Shown: piece by piece, positions 20,230 to 30,957 of the stretch
Layout of the letters: every line of letters begins with the position of its first letter
How positions within the stretch are numbered: the stretch's first letter is position 1
Source of the DNA: an uncultured Acidobacteriota bacterium
GTDB lineage: Bacteria > Acidobacteriota > Vicinamibacteria > Fen-336
Assembly: GCA_963720545.1 (NCBI GenBank)
Contig: OY970399.1
Span: forward strand, 3,840,001-3,904,000
Direction of reading: 5' to 3'
DNA length: 64,000 nucleotides
Program-made: the position numbers and the translations under genes
Notes under the pieces: model-generated
The model's input: only the letters and a program-made list of their open reading frames with translations
What the model was told of the DNA's origin: nothing
Databases searched by the model: none

Positions 20230-21560
20230 AGCCGCGCCCGAGCGCTGCGCGGGCGCCTTCTTCGATGGCATTGGTTGCGGCGGCGGCGCTGCTCGCGTGC
20301 GCGCTGCCGCCAGTGTCCGTGGCCGCCCAGGAAGCAGCGTTTGGCTCGTACCCGATGGCGCGCGAGGCGTCGGGCACGAGTTGGCAGACGGACGCCGGCG
20401 GGATGGAAGGCCGGCACCTGAACCTGGGTGCATGGCACGCGATGCTGCACGGGTTCGTCTTCGGCATCTATGAAGACGCGGCGCTGCCGCGCGGGGGACG
20501 CCAGGCGTTCTTCACCAACATGATGATGCTCGGCGCGACGCGGCCGGCGGGCGGCGGCACGCTGGGACTGCGGGCGATGGTGTCGCTCGAGCCGCTCCTG
20601 GGCGGGAAGGGATACCGGCTGCTGCTCCAGACGGGCGAGAGCGGCGACGGCATCAGCCACCTCATCGACCGCCAGCATCCGCACGACCTGTTCATGGAAT
20701 TGTCGGCGAGCATCAGCCAGCCGCTGGGAGAGAAGTCCGCGGCGTTCCTCTATCTGGGCTACCCGGGAGAACCGGCGCTCGGGCCGCCCGCGTTCATGCA
20801 CCGCCGCTCGGCCGCTGGGAATCCGCTCGCGCCGCTCAGCCATCACTGGCTCGACTCCACCCACATCGCCTTCGGCGTCGTCACGGGCGGGGTCACCGCC
20901 GGCCCGTTCAAGGTCGATGCGTCGCTCTTCAATGGCCGCGAACCCGACAGCGCTCGCTGGAACTTCGACGCGCCGCGGCTCGACTCGCAGGCCGCGCGCA
21001 TCACCTGGAATCCGGGCGCCGGCCTGTCGATGCAGGTCAGTGCCGGCTTCCTGAGCGCCCCCGAGGTTCTGCACCCGGGAATCGACGAACGGCGCTACAC
21101 CGCGTCGCTCTCGTGGAGCGCCGGTCCGCCGTCACGGCGCGTCGACCTGAGCGCTGCCGTGGGCCGCAAGCGCCGCAGCGCCGACCTGCCCAACTGCTTC
21201 ATCTCCGCGGGCTGCTTCTCCGCCGGCACGGCAGTGGTGCCGTATCCGCCGAACCGCACCCAGGACGCGGCGCTCGTCGAAGCGAATCTCGCCCTCGGCG
21301 CCCGCCACACGTTCTTCGCCCGCGCCGAACGCGTGGAGAAGGACGAACTGTTCCCAGGCCCCGACCCGTTCCATCCGCGCGTCTTTCCCGTCGGCAGCGC
21401 CACCCTCGGCTACTTGTGGGAACTGCCGCTGCGCGGCCCCATCGGCTGGCGCCTCGGCGCCGCCGCAAGCCTCGGCCTCGTCCCCGAGTTCATCTCCCCC
21501 GACTACGGCGCTCGCCACCCCCGCACCTGGTTCCTGCTAGCCCAAGCCCGGATCCGCTAA
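20226..21560 (+). CDS. Putative outer-membrane protein (EASGTSWQ / QHPHDLFMELS family)
   Basis: Signal peptide; DRQHPHDLFMELS, PGEPALGPPAFMHR, HHWLDSTHI. Start could be ATG 20265. Confidence 0.75.
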   Translation: MKPRPSAARAPSSMALVAAAALLACALPPVSVAAQEAAFGSYPMAREASGTSWQTDAGGMEGRHLNLGAWHAMLHGFVFGIYEDAALPRGGRQAFFTNMMMLGATRPAGGGTLGLRAMVSLEPLLGGKGYRLLLQTGESGDGISHLIDRQHPHDLFMELSASISQPLGEKSAAFLYLGYPGEPALGPPAFMHRRSAAGNPLAPLSHHWLDSTHIAFGVVTGGVTAGPFKVDASLFNGREPDSARWNFDAPRLDSQAARITWNPGAGLSMQVSAGFLSAPEVLHPGIDERRYTASLSWSAGPPSRRVDLSAAVGRKRRSADLPNCFISAGCFSAGTAVVPYPPNRTQDAALVEANLALGARHTFFARAERVEKDELFPGPDPFHPRVFPVGSATLGYLWELPLRGPIGWRLGAAASLGLVPEFISPDYGARHPRTWFLLAQARIR

Positions 21561-21780
21561 TCGACGAATTGGCTCCCGTCCCCCCAATTCGTCGATTTCC
21601 GTTGGTTTCGTTCCGTTCCCCAGGCGCTTGCGTCATCGTCCGTTTTGCGCCGTTTTCCCGAGCGCGTCCATCGCTTGCGCTGCGCGCGAGGGATCTCAAC
21701 GTCATCGACGGATTGGCTACGTCCGTCCAATTCGTCGATTTCCGTTCTGTTTCGTTCCCCAGGCGCTTGCGTCAGCGTCG
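21560..21780 (+). repeat. Mosaic palindromic repeat cluster 1 (A-B-A)
   Basis: A = ATCGACG(G/A)ATTGG-loop-CCAAT(C/T)CGTCGAT plus tail CCCAGGCGCTTGCGTCA; B = TTTTCCCGAG.GCGTCCATCGCTTGCGCTGCGC.CGAGGGATC. Confidence 0.9.
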
Positions 21781-22674
21781 CTACCGCAACGCCTCCGGCA
21801 ACTCAGCCTGGAGCCTCACCTCCGCGCCAGTGGCCGGATGCGCGAACTCCAGCTCCGCTGCGTGCAGCAAATAGCCGCCTTCGCCAGGCAGCCCCGGGTC
21901 GGCGGCGAGCGGCAGACCTCTGGCGCCGTAGAGCCGGTCGCCAACGAGCGGATGGCCGGCGAAGGCGAGGTGGATGCGTATCTGGTGCGGCCGCCCGGTA
22001 GCGATGACAACGTCGAGAAGGCTGGCGTCGCCGCGCTCCGCGACCAGCTCCACCGTCGAAAGCGACGGTTTTCCCCGCCCGTCACCCACTGCGCCGTAGA
22101 CGGTGCCGAGCCGTGGATGCGGCACGAGGCCGATCGGTGCGCGAATCTCAAGGCGATGCCACTCCGGCACGCCGGTGGCGAGCGCGCGATAACTCTTCCG
22201 CACGCGCCGCTCGCGCAAGGCTCTCGTCAGAGACGCGCGCGCTTCCTCTGTGCGCCCAAAGAGCACGAGCCCAGACGTGTAGCGGCCGAGGCGATGCACG
22301 GGGTCGGCACCCGGATACTGGCGCTGCACGAGCGTGAGCAAGGTGTTGTCGAGGTAGCCGCCTGCCGGCAGGGTTGGCAGGCCCGCCGGCTTGCTCACCG
22401 CGAGAAGCGCTTCGTCCTCATGCACCACTTCGAAATGCAGCGGCGCTTCGCCCTCGTCCCATGGAGGCCGGTTCCAGACGAGCGTTTGACCCGCGCGCAA
22501 AATCTGGTCCCCCGCCGTAGGCACGCCCTCAAGTAACACTTCACTGCGCTCGAACCGCACGCCCCATTCGACGAGCGACGAGTGTCCGTACCGCCGTGCC
22601 AGATACGACAGCGCCGTCACCCCGGCCCCACCCGCGTCAATCACTTCGCGATACGAAAACCCGCTGTTCACCAC
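21781..22674 (-). CDS. RluA-family pseudouridine synthase
   Basis: SKPAGLP, HRLGRYTSG, TGRPHQIRIH, GHPLVGD, LHAAEL.F.HP. Confidence 0.88.
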   Translation of the reverse strand: MVNSGFSYREVIDAGGAGVTALSYLARRYGHSSLVEWGVRFERSEVLLEGVPTAGDQILRAGQTLVWNRPPWDEGEAPLHFEVVHEDEALLAVSKPAGLPTLPAGGYLDNTLLTLVQRQYPGADPVHRLGRYTSGLVLFGRTEEARASLTRALRERRVRKSYRALATGVPEWHRLEIRAPIGLVPHPRLGTVYGAVGDGRGKPSLSTVELVAERGDASLLDVVIATGRPHQIRIHLAFAGHPLVGDRLYGARGLPLAADPGLPGEGGYLLHAAELEFAHPATGAEVRLQAELPEALR

Positions 22675-22687
22675 GAAGCACCCTATC

Positions 22688-23087
22688 CGTTTTCCCGAGG
22701 GGGTCCATCGCTTGCGCTGCCCCCGAGGGATCTCAGAACTACGGCCGAGACGCGTCCGCTCCCACTAACTGTGGCCACAGATCGATCCACTGGCTGTTGG
22801 AGGCTTCGACCAGGCGATTCTTCTTGATGCGGCTCCAGCCTTTGATCTGGTGCTCTCTGCGGGCTGCTTGGTTGAGATCGCCGATCACTTCGGCGGATGA
22901 GGTCCGGATGGGACAACGGACACGGAGATCCCTCGGGCGCAGCGGCAAGCGATGGACGCCCTCGGGAAAACGACCGAAGGAACGGACTCAGCAATGGAAC
23001 GGATGTTGACGCAAGCGCCTGGGTAACGAAAGAACGGATCAACGGAAATCGACGGATTGGACGGAGACGGGAAGCCAATCCGTCGAT
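22688..23087. repeat. Repeat cluster 2: B(+) ... B(-), A(-) around a GIY-YIG fragment
   Basis: B at 22688-22735, inverted B at 22925-22972, inverted A at 22996-23087. Confidence 0.88.
22739..22900 (-). pseudogene. C-terminal remnant of a small GIY-YIG nuclease
   Basis: AEVIGDLNQAARREHQIKGWSRIKKNRLVEASNSQWIDL matches the family pattern A..RE.QIKGW.R.KK..L....N..W.DL; N-terminal GIY/YIG motifs are absent. Confidence 0.8.
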
Positions 23088-24268
23088 TACATCAGCTCCA
23101 CGGCCAGGGCGACGCCGTTGCCGCCGCCCAGGCACAGCGTCGCGATGCCGCGGGACTTGCCGCGGGCGCGCAGGGCGTAGAGCAGGGTGGTGAGGATGCG
23201 GGCGCCGCTCGCGCCGATAGCGTGGCCGAGGGCGACGGCGCCGCCGTTGACGTTGACGCGCTGCGGGTCGATGCCGAGTTCGCGCACCACGGCGACGCCC
23301 TGCACGGCGAACGCCTCGTTCAGTTCGTAAAGGTCGGCGCTCGCAGCGTCCCAGCCGGTTTTCTGCCACAGCTTCCGCACCGCCGGCACCGGCGTCATCA
23401 TCACCATCGACGGTTCGAGGCCGGCGACCGCCTGGCCGACGATGCGCGCCAGCGGCTTGCGGCCGAGCGCCTTCGCCGTCTCCTCGGAGCACACCACAAG
23501 TGCGGCGGCGCCGTCGTTCACGCCCGGCGCATTGCCGGCGGTGACGGTGCCGTCCTTCTGGAACGCCGGCTTCAGTGCCGCGAGCGCTTCCATCGACGTG
23601 TCGGCGCGAGGCGTTTCGTCGGCGGCGAAGACGAGTGCGTCGCCCTTCTTCTGCGGAATCGACACCGGCAGGATTTCGTCCTTGAAGGCGCCTGCCGCGA
23701 TTGCTGCGACCGCCTTCTGGTGGCTCTCGAAGGCGAAGCGGTCCTGCTGTTCGCGGCTGACCTCATACTTCGATGCGACGAGCTCCCCGGTGCATCCCAT
23801 GTGATAGTCCTCGTACGGGTCCCACAGGCCGTCGAAGATCATCGAGTCGACGAGCTTGCCGTTGCCAAGGCGCATGCCCTCGCGCGCGCCCGGCAGCATG
23901 TAGGGGCAGTTCGACATCGACTCCATTCCGCCCGCAACCACCACGTCCGAATCGCCCGCGGCGATGCCCTGGGCTGCGAGCATCACGGCCTTCAGGCCGG
24001 AGCCGCACACCTTGTTGATGGTGAGCGCGGCGACCGATGGCGGCAGCCCGGCGCGCAGCGCGGCCTGACGCGCGGGCGCCTGGCCGAGGCCGGCGGAAAC
24101 CACGTTGCCCATGATGACCTCGTCCACCGACTCGGGCGCGACCCCGGCGCGCGCCACCGCCTCGCGCACCACCAGGGCGCCGAGATCGGGCGCGCGCAAG
24201 CCCTTCAGCGTGCCGAGAAACTTGCCCGTGGGCACGCGCACCGCGGACAGGATGACTGCCTGTTTCAA
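23087..24268 (-). CDS. Acetyl-CoA C-acetyltransferase (thiolase)
   Basis: [30 protein letters not shown]. Confidence 0.95.
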   Translation of the reverse strand: MKQAVILSAVRVPTGKFLGTLKGLRAPDLGALVVREAVARAGVAPESVDEVIMGNVVSAGLGQAPARQAALRAGLPPSVAALTINKVCGSGLKAVMLAAQGIAAGDSDVVVAGGMESMSNCPYMLPGAREGMRLGNGKLVDSMIFDGLWDPYEDYHMGCTGELVASKYEVSREQQDRFAFESHQKAVAAIAAGAFKDEILPVSIPQKKGDALVFAADETPRADTSMEALAALKPAFQKDGTVTAGNAPGVNDGAAALVVCSEETAKALGRKPLARIVGQAVAGLEPSMVMMTPVPAVRKLWQKTGWDAASADLYELNEAFAVQGVAVVRELGIDPQRVNVNGGAVALGHAIGASGARILTTLLYALRARGKSRGIATLCLGGGNGVALAVELM

Positions 24269-24729
24269 GCCTTGCCTCCGTCGAATGTCGAAAGGTAGCG
24301 AGTGGCGGCGCCGATGAATGCGGCGCGCAGCGCTTCGTCCTCTATCGCCGCTGCCGCTTCCAGTATCGCAGGACGCGGCGCTTGCGCCATCACCGGCGCG
24401 GCCGGTGGCCGCCGCGGCGCATTCGGCGTGACGAGGCCGCCGCGCGCCTCCATGAAACCAAGCCGGCGTGGAGCCGCGGCGCCCAGCAGCTCGCGCAGGC
24501 GGATGAGCAGCGGCACCTGCATCTTGTAGAGCTCCTTGCGCCAGCGCGCGTCGGGCACCTGGACGATGAGGACGCCGTCCTCCACCTTGATGACGCGTGT
24601 GCGCGCCGCCAGCTCGCCGCCGGTGAGGTGCGGCCAGAACGCCGCGACGAACGCGGTCATGCGCGAAGGATCGGCGCCGAGCATCTCACGGAGGAACGCG
24701 GGTGCTTCGGGAGCGCGCAGGTCGCTCAT
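24265..24729 (-). CDS. DUF721 / DciA-like protein
   Basis: [11 protein letters not shown]...[16 protein letters not shown]. Confidence 0.75.
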   Translation of the reverse strand: MSDLRAPEAPAFLREMLGADPSRMTAFVAAFWPHLTGGELAARTRVIKVEDGVLIVQVPDARWRKELYKMQVPLLIRLRELLGAAAPRRLGFMEARGGLVTPNAPRRPPAAPVMAQAPRPAILEAAAAIEDEALRAAFIGAATRYLSTFDGGKA

Positions 24730-24736
24730 ACTCGGA

Positions 24737-25336
24737 TCAGAATGCCACGGGCGACGGCCGCGGTGTTCCGGTCGATTCGAGCGCGGCGGTCACGCCCAGT
24801 TCGACCGCCAGCCGGTGGACGGCGCGCATCGGCAGGCCGGCGACGTTCGAAGACGAGCCCGTAACGCCCTCGATGAAGAACGAGCAGCGGCCGTCGATGT
24901 GGTAGGCACCCGCACGGTCGCGCGGCTCGCCGCTCGCAACGTAAGTCGCGATCTGCGCCGGGGTGAGCGCCGCGAACCGCACCAGCGTGCGTTCGAGCGC
25001 CGAGCGCCGGTCGCCGCCGGCCACCATGCACACTCCGGTGACCACCTCGTGCTCGCGGTTCGCCAGCATCGCGAGCATGGCGCGCGCTTCCTCGTCATTG
25101 CCCGGCTTGCCGAGGATATGGCCGTCGCAAAGCACCAGCGTATCGGCCGCCAGCACCGGATGGCCGCCGCCGTCCACCGCGAGCGCCTTGGCGCGCGCCA
25201 GCCGCTCGGCGGCACGGTCGCCCGGTTCGCCGGGCAGCAGCGACTCGTCAACGCTCGGGATGATGACGCGGAAGGAGACGCCGGCGGCGCGCAACAGCGC
25301 GGCACGGCGCGGCGAACCCGAAGCGAGGACGAGCAT
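24737..25336 (-). CDS. maf: Maf-family nucleoside triphosphate pyrophosphatase
   Basis: LASGSPRR, AADT.V, ILGKP, DRAGAY.I, NVAGLP. Confidence 0.92.
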   Translation of the reverse strand: MLVLASGSPRRAALLRAAGVSFRVIIPSVDESLLPGEPGDRAAERLARAKALAVDGGGHPVLAADTLVLCDGHILGKPGNDEEARAMLAMLANREHEVVTGVCMVAGGDRRSALERTLVRFAALTPAQIATYVASGEPRDRAGAYHIDGRCSFFIEGVTGSSSNVAGLPMRAVHRLAVELGVTAALESTGTPRPSPVAF

Positions 25337-25351
25337 CGGCCCCTTGCCGCG

Positions 25352-26092
25352 CTAGCGGCCGAGCGACAGCCGATCGCCGAGCGGCTTGGGCAGGCCGGCC
25401 TTGTAGATCTTCTTCTGCGCTCGCACCACCGGATACGCGAGACGATGGATGGTGAGCGCGCGCTTCTCGCTGTCGTAGAGCGCAAACGACGCGAGCGGGC
25501 TGCCGTCGCGCGGCTGGCCGACCGAACCGGGGTTGACCAGGTAGCGAGCACCCTTCTTCAGCTTCATCTTGAAGGTGTGGGTGAGCGCCGGATAGCCCGT
25601 GACCGCCTCGGGCGTCAGCGAGAACACCACCGGAAAATGCGAGTGACCGAAGAAGCAGAGCTCGTAGTCGGTCTGGCGGAACACGTTCAATGCGTCGATC
25701 TCGCCGAAGATGTAGGCGTCCTCATCGACCGGCGTGCCATGGGAAATGGCAAACGTCTTGTCCACCACACGCGGACCCTGCGGCAGCGCCTGCAGGAAGC
25801 GGCGGTTGGCCGCCGTGAGCCGCGACTGCGTCCATTGCGCCGCATTCAGCGCGATGGGGTTGAAAAGACGGCCATCCTCGAGCCCGGAGCAGACCTTGTC
25901 GTGGTTGCCGCGCACCGCCACCAGCGGCTTCAGCCGCCGCAGCATGTCGACGGCTTCGTTCGGGTCGGCGCCATAACCCACGAGGTCGCCGAGGAACACG
26001 GTCTTGTCCCAGGACTTGCGCTTCATGAAGTTGAGGACCGTGGTGAACGCCTCGCGATTGGAGTGAATGTCCGAGACGATCAAGTATTTCAT
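25352..26092 (-). CDS. Metallophosphoesterase
   Basis: SDIHSN, GDLVGYG, GNHD, HG, GHSH, NPGSVGQPRD. Confidence 0.9.
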   Translation of the reverse strand: MKYLIVSDIHSNREAFTTVLNFMKRKSWDKTVFLGDLVGYGADPNEAVDMLRRLKPLVAVRGNHDKVCSGLEDGRLFNPIALNAAQWTQSRLTAANRRFLQALPQGPRVVDKTFAISHGTPVDEDAYIFGEIDALNVFRQTDYELCFFGHSHFPVVFSLTPEAVTGYPALTHTFKMKLKKGARYLVNPGSVGQPRDGSPLASFALYDSEKRALTIHRLAYPVVRAQKKIYKAGLPKPLGDRLSLGR

Positions 26093-26616
26093 CGGTTTCC
26101 GGTCGCGCGCTGGACAGTCTCGGCGATGCGCCGCGCCACGGTCGCCGCATCGACGCTCGTGGTGTCGATGCGCCAGTCGGCCATGGCATAGGCGTCCTCA
26201 CGCGCTTTGAGGAGGTCAGGGATTATCCCACGGTTCCGCGCCAGCGGGCGGCGCGCGCCGTCGCCGATGCGCCGCTCGATCTCGGCGAGCGCGCACTGCA
26301 GGTAAACGGTGAAGGCGCCGGTGCGCAACAACTCACGGGTGCGCGCTTCGGCGAAGGCGCCGCCGCCCGACGCCACCACCACCTGCCGCTCGCCCAGCAG
26401 GCGCTGCGCTTCGTTCGCCTCGCGCACGCGAAACGCCGCTTCGCCCTCGGTCTCGAACAACTCGCCGATGGTGCGCCCGGCGCTGGCCGCGATCGACTCG
26501 TCCATGTCGCTGAAGCGCCAGCCGAGCCGCTTCGCGAGATGGCGGCCGACGGTGGACTTGCCGCTCGCCATGAAGCCGACCAGCACGATGCGCTGTGGTT
26601 CCACGTCCGCAGTCAC
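26089..26616 (-). CDS. aroK: Shikimate kinase
   Basis: LVGFMASGKST, GEAAFR, SGGG, RPL; GTGA overlap with the aroA stop. Confidence 0.92.
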   Translation of the reverse strand: MTADVEPQRIVLVGFMASGKSTVGRHLAKRLGWRFSDMDESIAASAGRTIGELFETEGEAAFRVREANEAQRLLGERQVVVASGGGAFAEARTRELLRTGAFTVYLQCALAEIERRIGDGARRPLARNRGIIPDLLKAREDAYAMADWRIDTTSVDAATVARRIAETVQRATGNR

Positions 26617-27907
26617 GACGAAGCACCCGACCGCAGCACCTCCCAGAAGTCGGGAAAGGAAACGGCGACGCACTCCGCATCGTCGAGCCGGCTTGGACCG
26701 TCGGCGGCGAGCGCCGCGATGCCTAGCGCCATGGCGATGCGGTGATCGCCGTGGCTGCGGAGGGAAGCGCCGCGCAGCGTCGCCCCGCCGCGCACGATGA
26801 GGTCGTCGCCAACGGCCTGAGCATCGGCGCCGAGCGCCTGCAGCCCCTCCACCATGGCCGCGACGCGGTCGCTTTCCTTGATGCGCAGCTCGCCGATGGC
26901 GCGAAAGATCGTTTCGCCCTCAGCGCATGCCGCCGCCACTGCGAGTATTGGCACCTCGTCTACCAGCGCGGGGATCTCGTCTGCTTCGATGGTGATGCCG
27001 TGCAGGTGCGACGAGCGCGCACGCAGCACGCCGATCGGTTCGGGAGACTGCGCCTCGACCTGCTCCTCGATGTCAGCTCCCATGCGCCGCAGCGCGGCGA
27101 CGAAGCCGATGCGCCGTGGGTTGAGTCCGACAGCATCGCAGCGCACGTCAGAATCGCGGCCGATGAGCGCCGCCACCAGCAGGAACGCGGCACTCGACGG
27201 ATCGCCGGGTACGGTTGCCGCGATGCCGCGCAGGCGCGCACCGGGACTGAGGCGCACCGAGAATGGCGCACTGCCGGCGGCGATGCTGGCGCCGAAGGCG
27301 GGCAAAAACCGTTCGGTGTGGTCGCGGCTGCCGGCGGGTTCACTCACCTCCGTTGCGCCGTCGGCGGCGAGCCCGGCTAGCAGCACCGCGGTCTTCACCT
27401 GTGCGCTCGCCACCTCGAGTTGCAGCGTGATGCCGCGCAACGCCCCGCCCGCAACCGTCAGCGGCGGCCTGCCTTCGGTGGTCGTAACCGTTGCGCCCAT
27501 CTGCCGCAGCGGCCTGGCCACCCGCTCCATCGGCCGGTTGCGCAGGGAAGCATCGCCGGTGAGCGTTGCCGTGAGCGGCTGGCCGGCGAGCGCTCCCATC
27601 AGCATGCGGATGGTGGAGCCGGAGTTGCCGGCGTCGAGCACCGCGCTCGGCGAACGCAGCGGCCGGCCCGTGATGACGACGCAGCCTCCATCGCGGCGGA
27701 TGCCGGCGCCGAGCTGCGCCAGGCAGTCGAGCGTCGACTGGCAGTCGGCGGCAGGGGAGTAACCGGCAATCCGTGTTTCGCCCTCCGCCAGCGCGCCCAG
27801 GATGGCGAGGCGGTGGCTGATGGACTTGTCGCCGCCGACTGTGAAGCGTCCCTGGAAGCGTTCGGCTCGACCGAGTTGCAGCGCCTTGACCCTCTCTCTT
27901 GGGGCAT
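26613..27907 (-). CDS. aroA: EPSP synthase; start ATG is out of frame because of an indel near 27890-27904
   Basis: GDKSISHR, DAGNSG, SAQVK, RDHTE, RIKESDR, DHRIAM. The frame is open to ~27905 but ATG 27907 is shifted. Confidence 0.92.
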
Positions 27908-27934
27908 GTTACGGTCCTGCGACTCCAAACACAC

Positions 27935-28372
27935 ATGAGGTCCACCCGCGCTCAGTGCGTCACATTGGACATGGCGAGCCGCTTCGACCTCATCGAGTTG
28001 GTGCACACGGTGCTCATGCACTTCTCGGGCCTCGCCGGCTTCGATGACGACGCCGCGCACTTCATCAGCGTGGCGGTGCGCGAGTCGGTGGTGAACGCGA
28101 TCAAGCACGGCAACCGCGAGGATGGCGCCAAGCGCGTGCACGTGGACTTCGTCATCGGCGGGCGCGCGTTCATGGTGAAGGTGCGCGACGAAGGCCGCGG
28201 CTTCGACCCGCGTGCGGTCGCCGACCCGCTCGCCGAGGAGAACCTGATGCGTACCGAAGGCCGCGGCATCTTCTTCATGCGGTCGTTCATGGACCGCATC
28301 ACCTACGGCTTTCCGCCGGGCGGCGGCACCATCGTGCGGTTGGTGAAGAAGGTGCCGGCGAAAGCAGCCTAG
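27935..28372 (+). CDS. RsbW-like anti-sigma factor / Ser kinase (HATPase_c_2)
   Basis: RESVVNAIKHGN, VRDEGRGFD, EGRGIFFMRSFMD. Confidence 0.88.
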   Translation: MRSTRAQCVTLDMASRFDLIELVHTVLMHFSGLAGFDDDAAHFISVAVRESVVNAIKHGNREDGAKRVHVDFVIGGRAFMVKVRDEGRGFDPRAVADPLAEENLMRTEGRGIFFMRSFMDRITYGFPPGGGTIVRLVKKVPAKAA

Positions 28373-29959
28373 TCGGCGCGCACGCGCAGCAGCTCGTTGC
28401 CGCGCGGCCCGAGTGCCAGCGGTTCGACCGTGAACCCGAGCGCGCGTTTCAGGTCGCGAGCTTCGACGGCGCCGCACAAGACCAGCGCCTCGCCGTCGGC
28501 GCGGACCGTTTCGATGACGTCGGCGAACGACGCCGGGCGCACCTTGCCATCGTTATAGAAGTAGCCCGCCATCCACGCGGTGCGCCACGCGTTGTACACC
28601 AGCACCTCGCGCCCGCCGGCGGCGGCGAAGAACGCCTGGCCTGATTCACGCGCCGCGAGAATGGGCGGCGCAGCCAGTGCGGCAAGGACCGTCACGCCGC
28701 AGGCGCCCACACGCAACCCGCGCAGCGCCTGTTCGGGCTGCTGGACGGCGCGCCGTGAGAACGTCCAGCCAGTGACCAGGAGCCAGGCGGCCAGCGGCAG
28801 CACGGTGGGCCAGCGCGGTTCGCCCACGAACCGCAGCCCAGCGGGCAGCAGGGCAGCGGCAGCAGTGCACAGCATCAACGTGACGACCGCCATCGCGCGT
28901 AGACCGAGCCCCGTGCGTGGCCGCGCGCCGCTGACGAGCTCCGCCGCGGCCCGTCCCATGAGGATGGCGAGCGGCGGCAGGCACGGCAGTATGTAGCCGG
29001 GCAGTTTCGATCCGGCGAGGCTGAAGAAGACCAGCGGTGCCACGACCCAGACGACCACGAACAGGTCGATGGCGTTGCGGCGCGGGTGCGTGAAGCCGAT
29101 GGTTGGGAGCAGCAGCCCGGTCCACGGCAGCAGGCCGGCCGCCAGCACGATGACGTAGTAGAGCGGTCCGCCGGGATGGCGGTGGATCTCGGATGTGAAG
29201 CGCTCGAGGTTGTGGTTGAGCAGGAACACGTCCACGAAGTGGCGGCCCTGGTCGCGAAGGATGGCCGCGTACCACGGTGCTGCAACCACCAGCAGTGCGG
29301 CGATCCCTGACAACGGAGAGCGAGCGCCGCAGCGGCGTGGCGCTGCGAACGAACAGCGAGTAACTGCCCACCACCAGCACGGGGATGAGCAGGCCGAGGG
29401 GACCCTTCGCGAGCGTTGCAAGCCCGATGGCGACGCCTGCCGCAACCAACGCACCACGGCCAGCGGCGCCAAGCACCCGCAGTGCGATGAAACCCACGCC
29501 GAGCGTCACCGTCGCCGCGAGCAGCATGTCCATCGACGCAGCGTGCGCGTAAGCGAAATAGAGCAGGCCAGTCGCCAGGACGAAGCCAGCGTGTAATCCC
29601 GCCGCCGCGCCGTAGAGGCGCGCGCCGAAGAGGGCGGTGGCGCCAACGAGGAGCACCGCCGCCAGCACCGACGGCAGGCGGAACGCGATCTCGCGTTCGC
29701 CGAAGAGCCGTGTCGCGGCGCCGGCGAGCCAGTAGAAGAGGGGAGGCTTTTCGAGCCACGGCTCGCCCTGCAGAGTCGGGGTCACCCATTCCGAGGCGCG
29801 CTGCATCTCGATCGCAACGCGCGAGTAGCGCGGCTCGTCGGGCCCGATGAGCGGCAGCCGCCCCAGCGACACGCTGAAGATCGCGAGCGCCAGCGCCAGC
29901 AGCAGCGCGGTGCCGACCGGGGGAAGCGCGTCGCCGGCGGGCGCCGAAGTTGGTGGCAT
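28369..29959 (-). CDS. ArnT/PMT-family (GT-C) membrane glycosyltransferase, frameshift near 29310-29325
   Basis: DEPRY, EKPPLFYW, SMDM, LAKGP, then APWY..HN..RF and SKLPGYILP in a second frame. Confidence 0.88.
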
Positions 29960-29989
29960 GGGAGCGCCAGCCTACAATCCGGGCTTTCC

Positions 29990-30829
29990 ATGGGGCAACA
30001 AAGCGCGCACGAGCGCTCGCGCAGCATCGCCGCTGAAGCCGTGCTGGCAGCCGGCGTCATCCAGAAGGCGAAGTACGGCACCGACTTCGCGGTGGCGCAG
30101 AAGGGCGAGATCGACCTCGTCACCGAAGTCGACAAGGAGTGCGAAACCGCGATCGTCCGCCTGCTGCGCGCGCGCATGCCCGACTCGGACATCGTCACCG
30201 AGGAGACCGACATCCCGCGCACCGGGAAGTCGCGCGTCTGGTTCGTCGATCCACTCGACGGCACCACCAACTTCGCGCACGGCTACCCGTGTTTCTGCGC
30301 TTCGGTGGCGCTCGCCCAGGACGGCGTCGTGGTCGCGGGCGCCGTCTACGATCCACTCGGCCAGCAGCTGTTCACCGCAGGCCGGGGCGGCGGCGCCACC
30401 CGCAACGGCCACCCGATGCGCGTCTCGCAGAAGGCGCGCATTGCCGACGCCCTGCTCGTCACCGGCTTCCCCTACGACGTCCACCAGCACCTCGCCGCGC
30501 GCATGCGCATCTTCAACCGCCTCGTCGGCAAGGCGCGCGGCATGCGCCGCGACGGCGCGGCGGCCCTCGACCTCAGCTTTCTCGCCGCCGGCCGCGTCGA
30601 TGCTTTCTGGGAGGAGAACCTCAAGCCGTGGGATGTCCTCGCCGGCGGCCTGATGGTTGAAGAAGCCGGCGGCCGCATCACGCGCTTCGACGGTTCGCCC
30701 CTGGGACTCGACGGGTCCGAGACGCTCGCATCGAACGGCATCCTGCACGGCGCGATGATGGACGAGATCCGTTCCGACCGCGCCGAAGCAGCCCGCGAAC
30801 AGGCGTTCGAGACCAGCGGCTTGATGTAG
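29990..30829 (+). CDS. suhB: Inositol monophosphatase
   Basis: DLVTEVD, DPLDGTTNFAHG, TGFPYD, KPWDVLAG. Confidence 0.9.
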   Translation: MGQQSAHERSRSIAAEAVLAAGVIQKAKYGTDFAVAQKGEIDLVTEVDKECETAIVRLLRARMPDSDIVTEETDIPRTGKSRVWFVDPLDGTTNFAHGYPCFCASVALAQDGVVVAGAVYDPLGQQLFTAGRGGGATRNGHPMRVSQKARIADALLVTGFPYDVHQHLAARMRIFNRLVGKARGMRRDGAAALDLSFLAAGRVDAFWEENLKPWDVLAGGLMVEEAGGRITRFDGSPLGLDGSETLASNGILHGAMMDEIRSDRAEAAREQAFETSGLM

Positions 30830-30851
30830 CCTCGCCGGCAACAATCACGCT

Positions 30852-30940
30852 GCCGGGGTGGCGAAGCTGGTAAACGCGCGGGACTTAAAATCCTGTGCCG
30901 CGAAAGCGGTTTGTGGGTTCAACTCCCACCCCCGGCACCA
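30852..30940 (+). tRNA. tRNA-Leu (TAA)
   Basis: GCCGGGG acceptor stem, CTTAAAA anticodon loop, long variable arm, GGTTCAAC T-loop, CCCCGGCACCA end. Confidence 0.95.
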
Positions 30941-30957
30941 CTTACGGCAATTCCGCC

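Noticed and set aside
18084..21560. 1158-aa ORF
   Set aside because: Only the part from ~20226 is a plausible protein; the rest overlaps hbd and the LVIVD gene.
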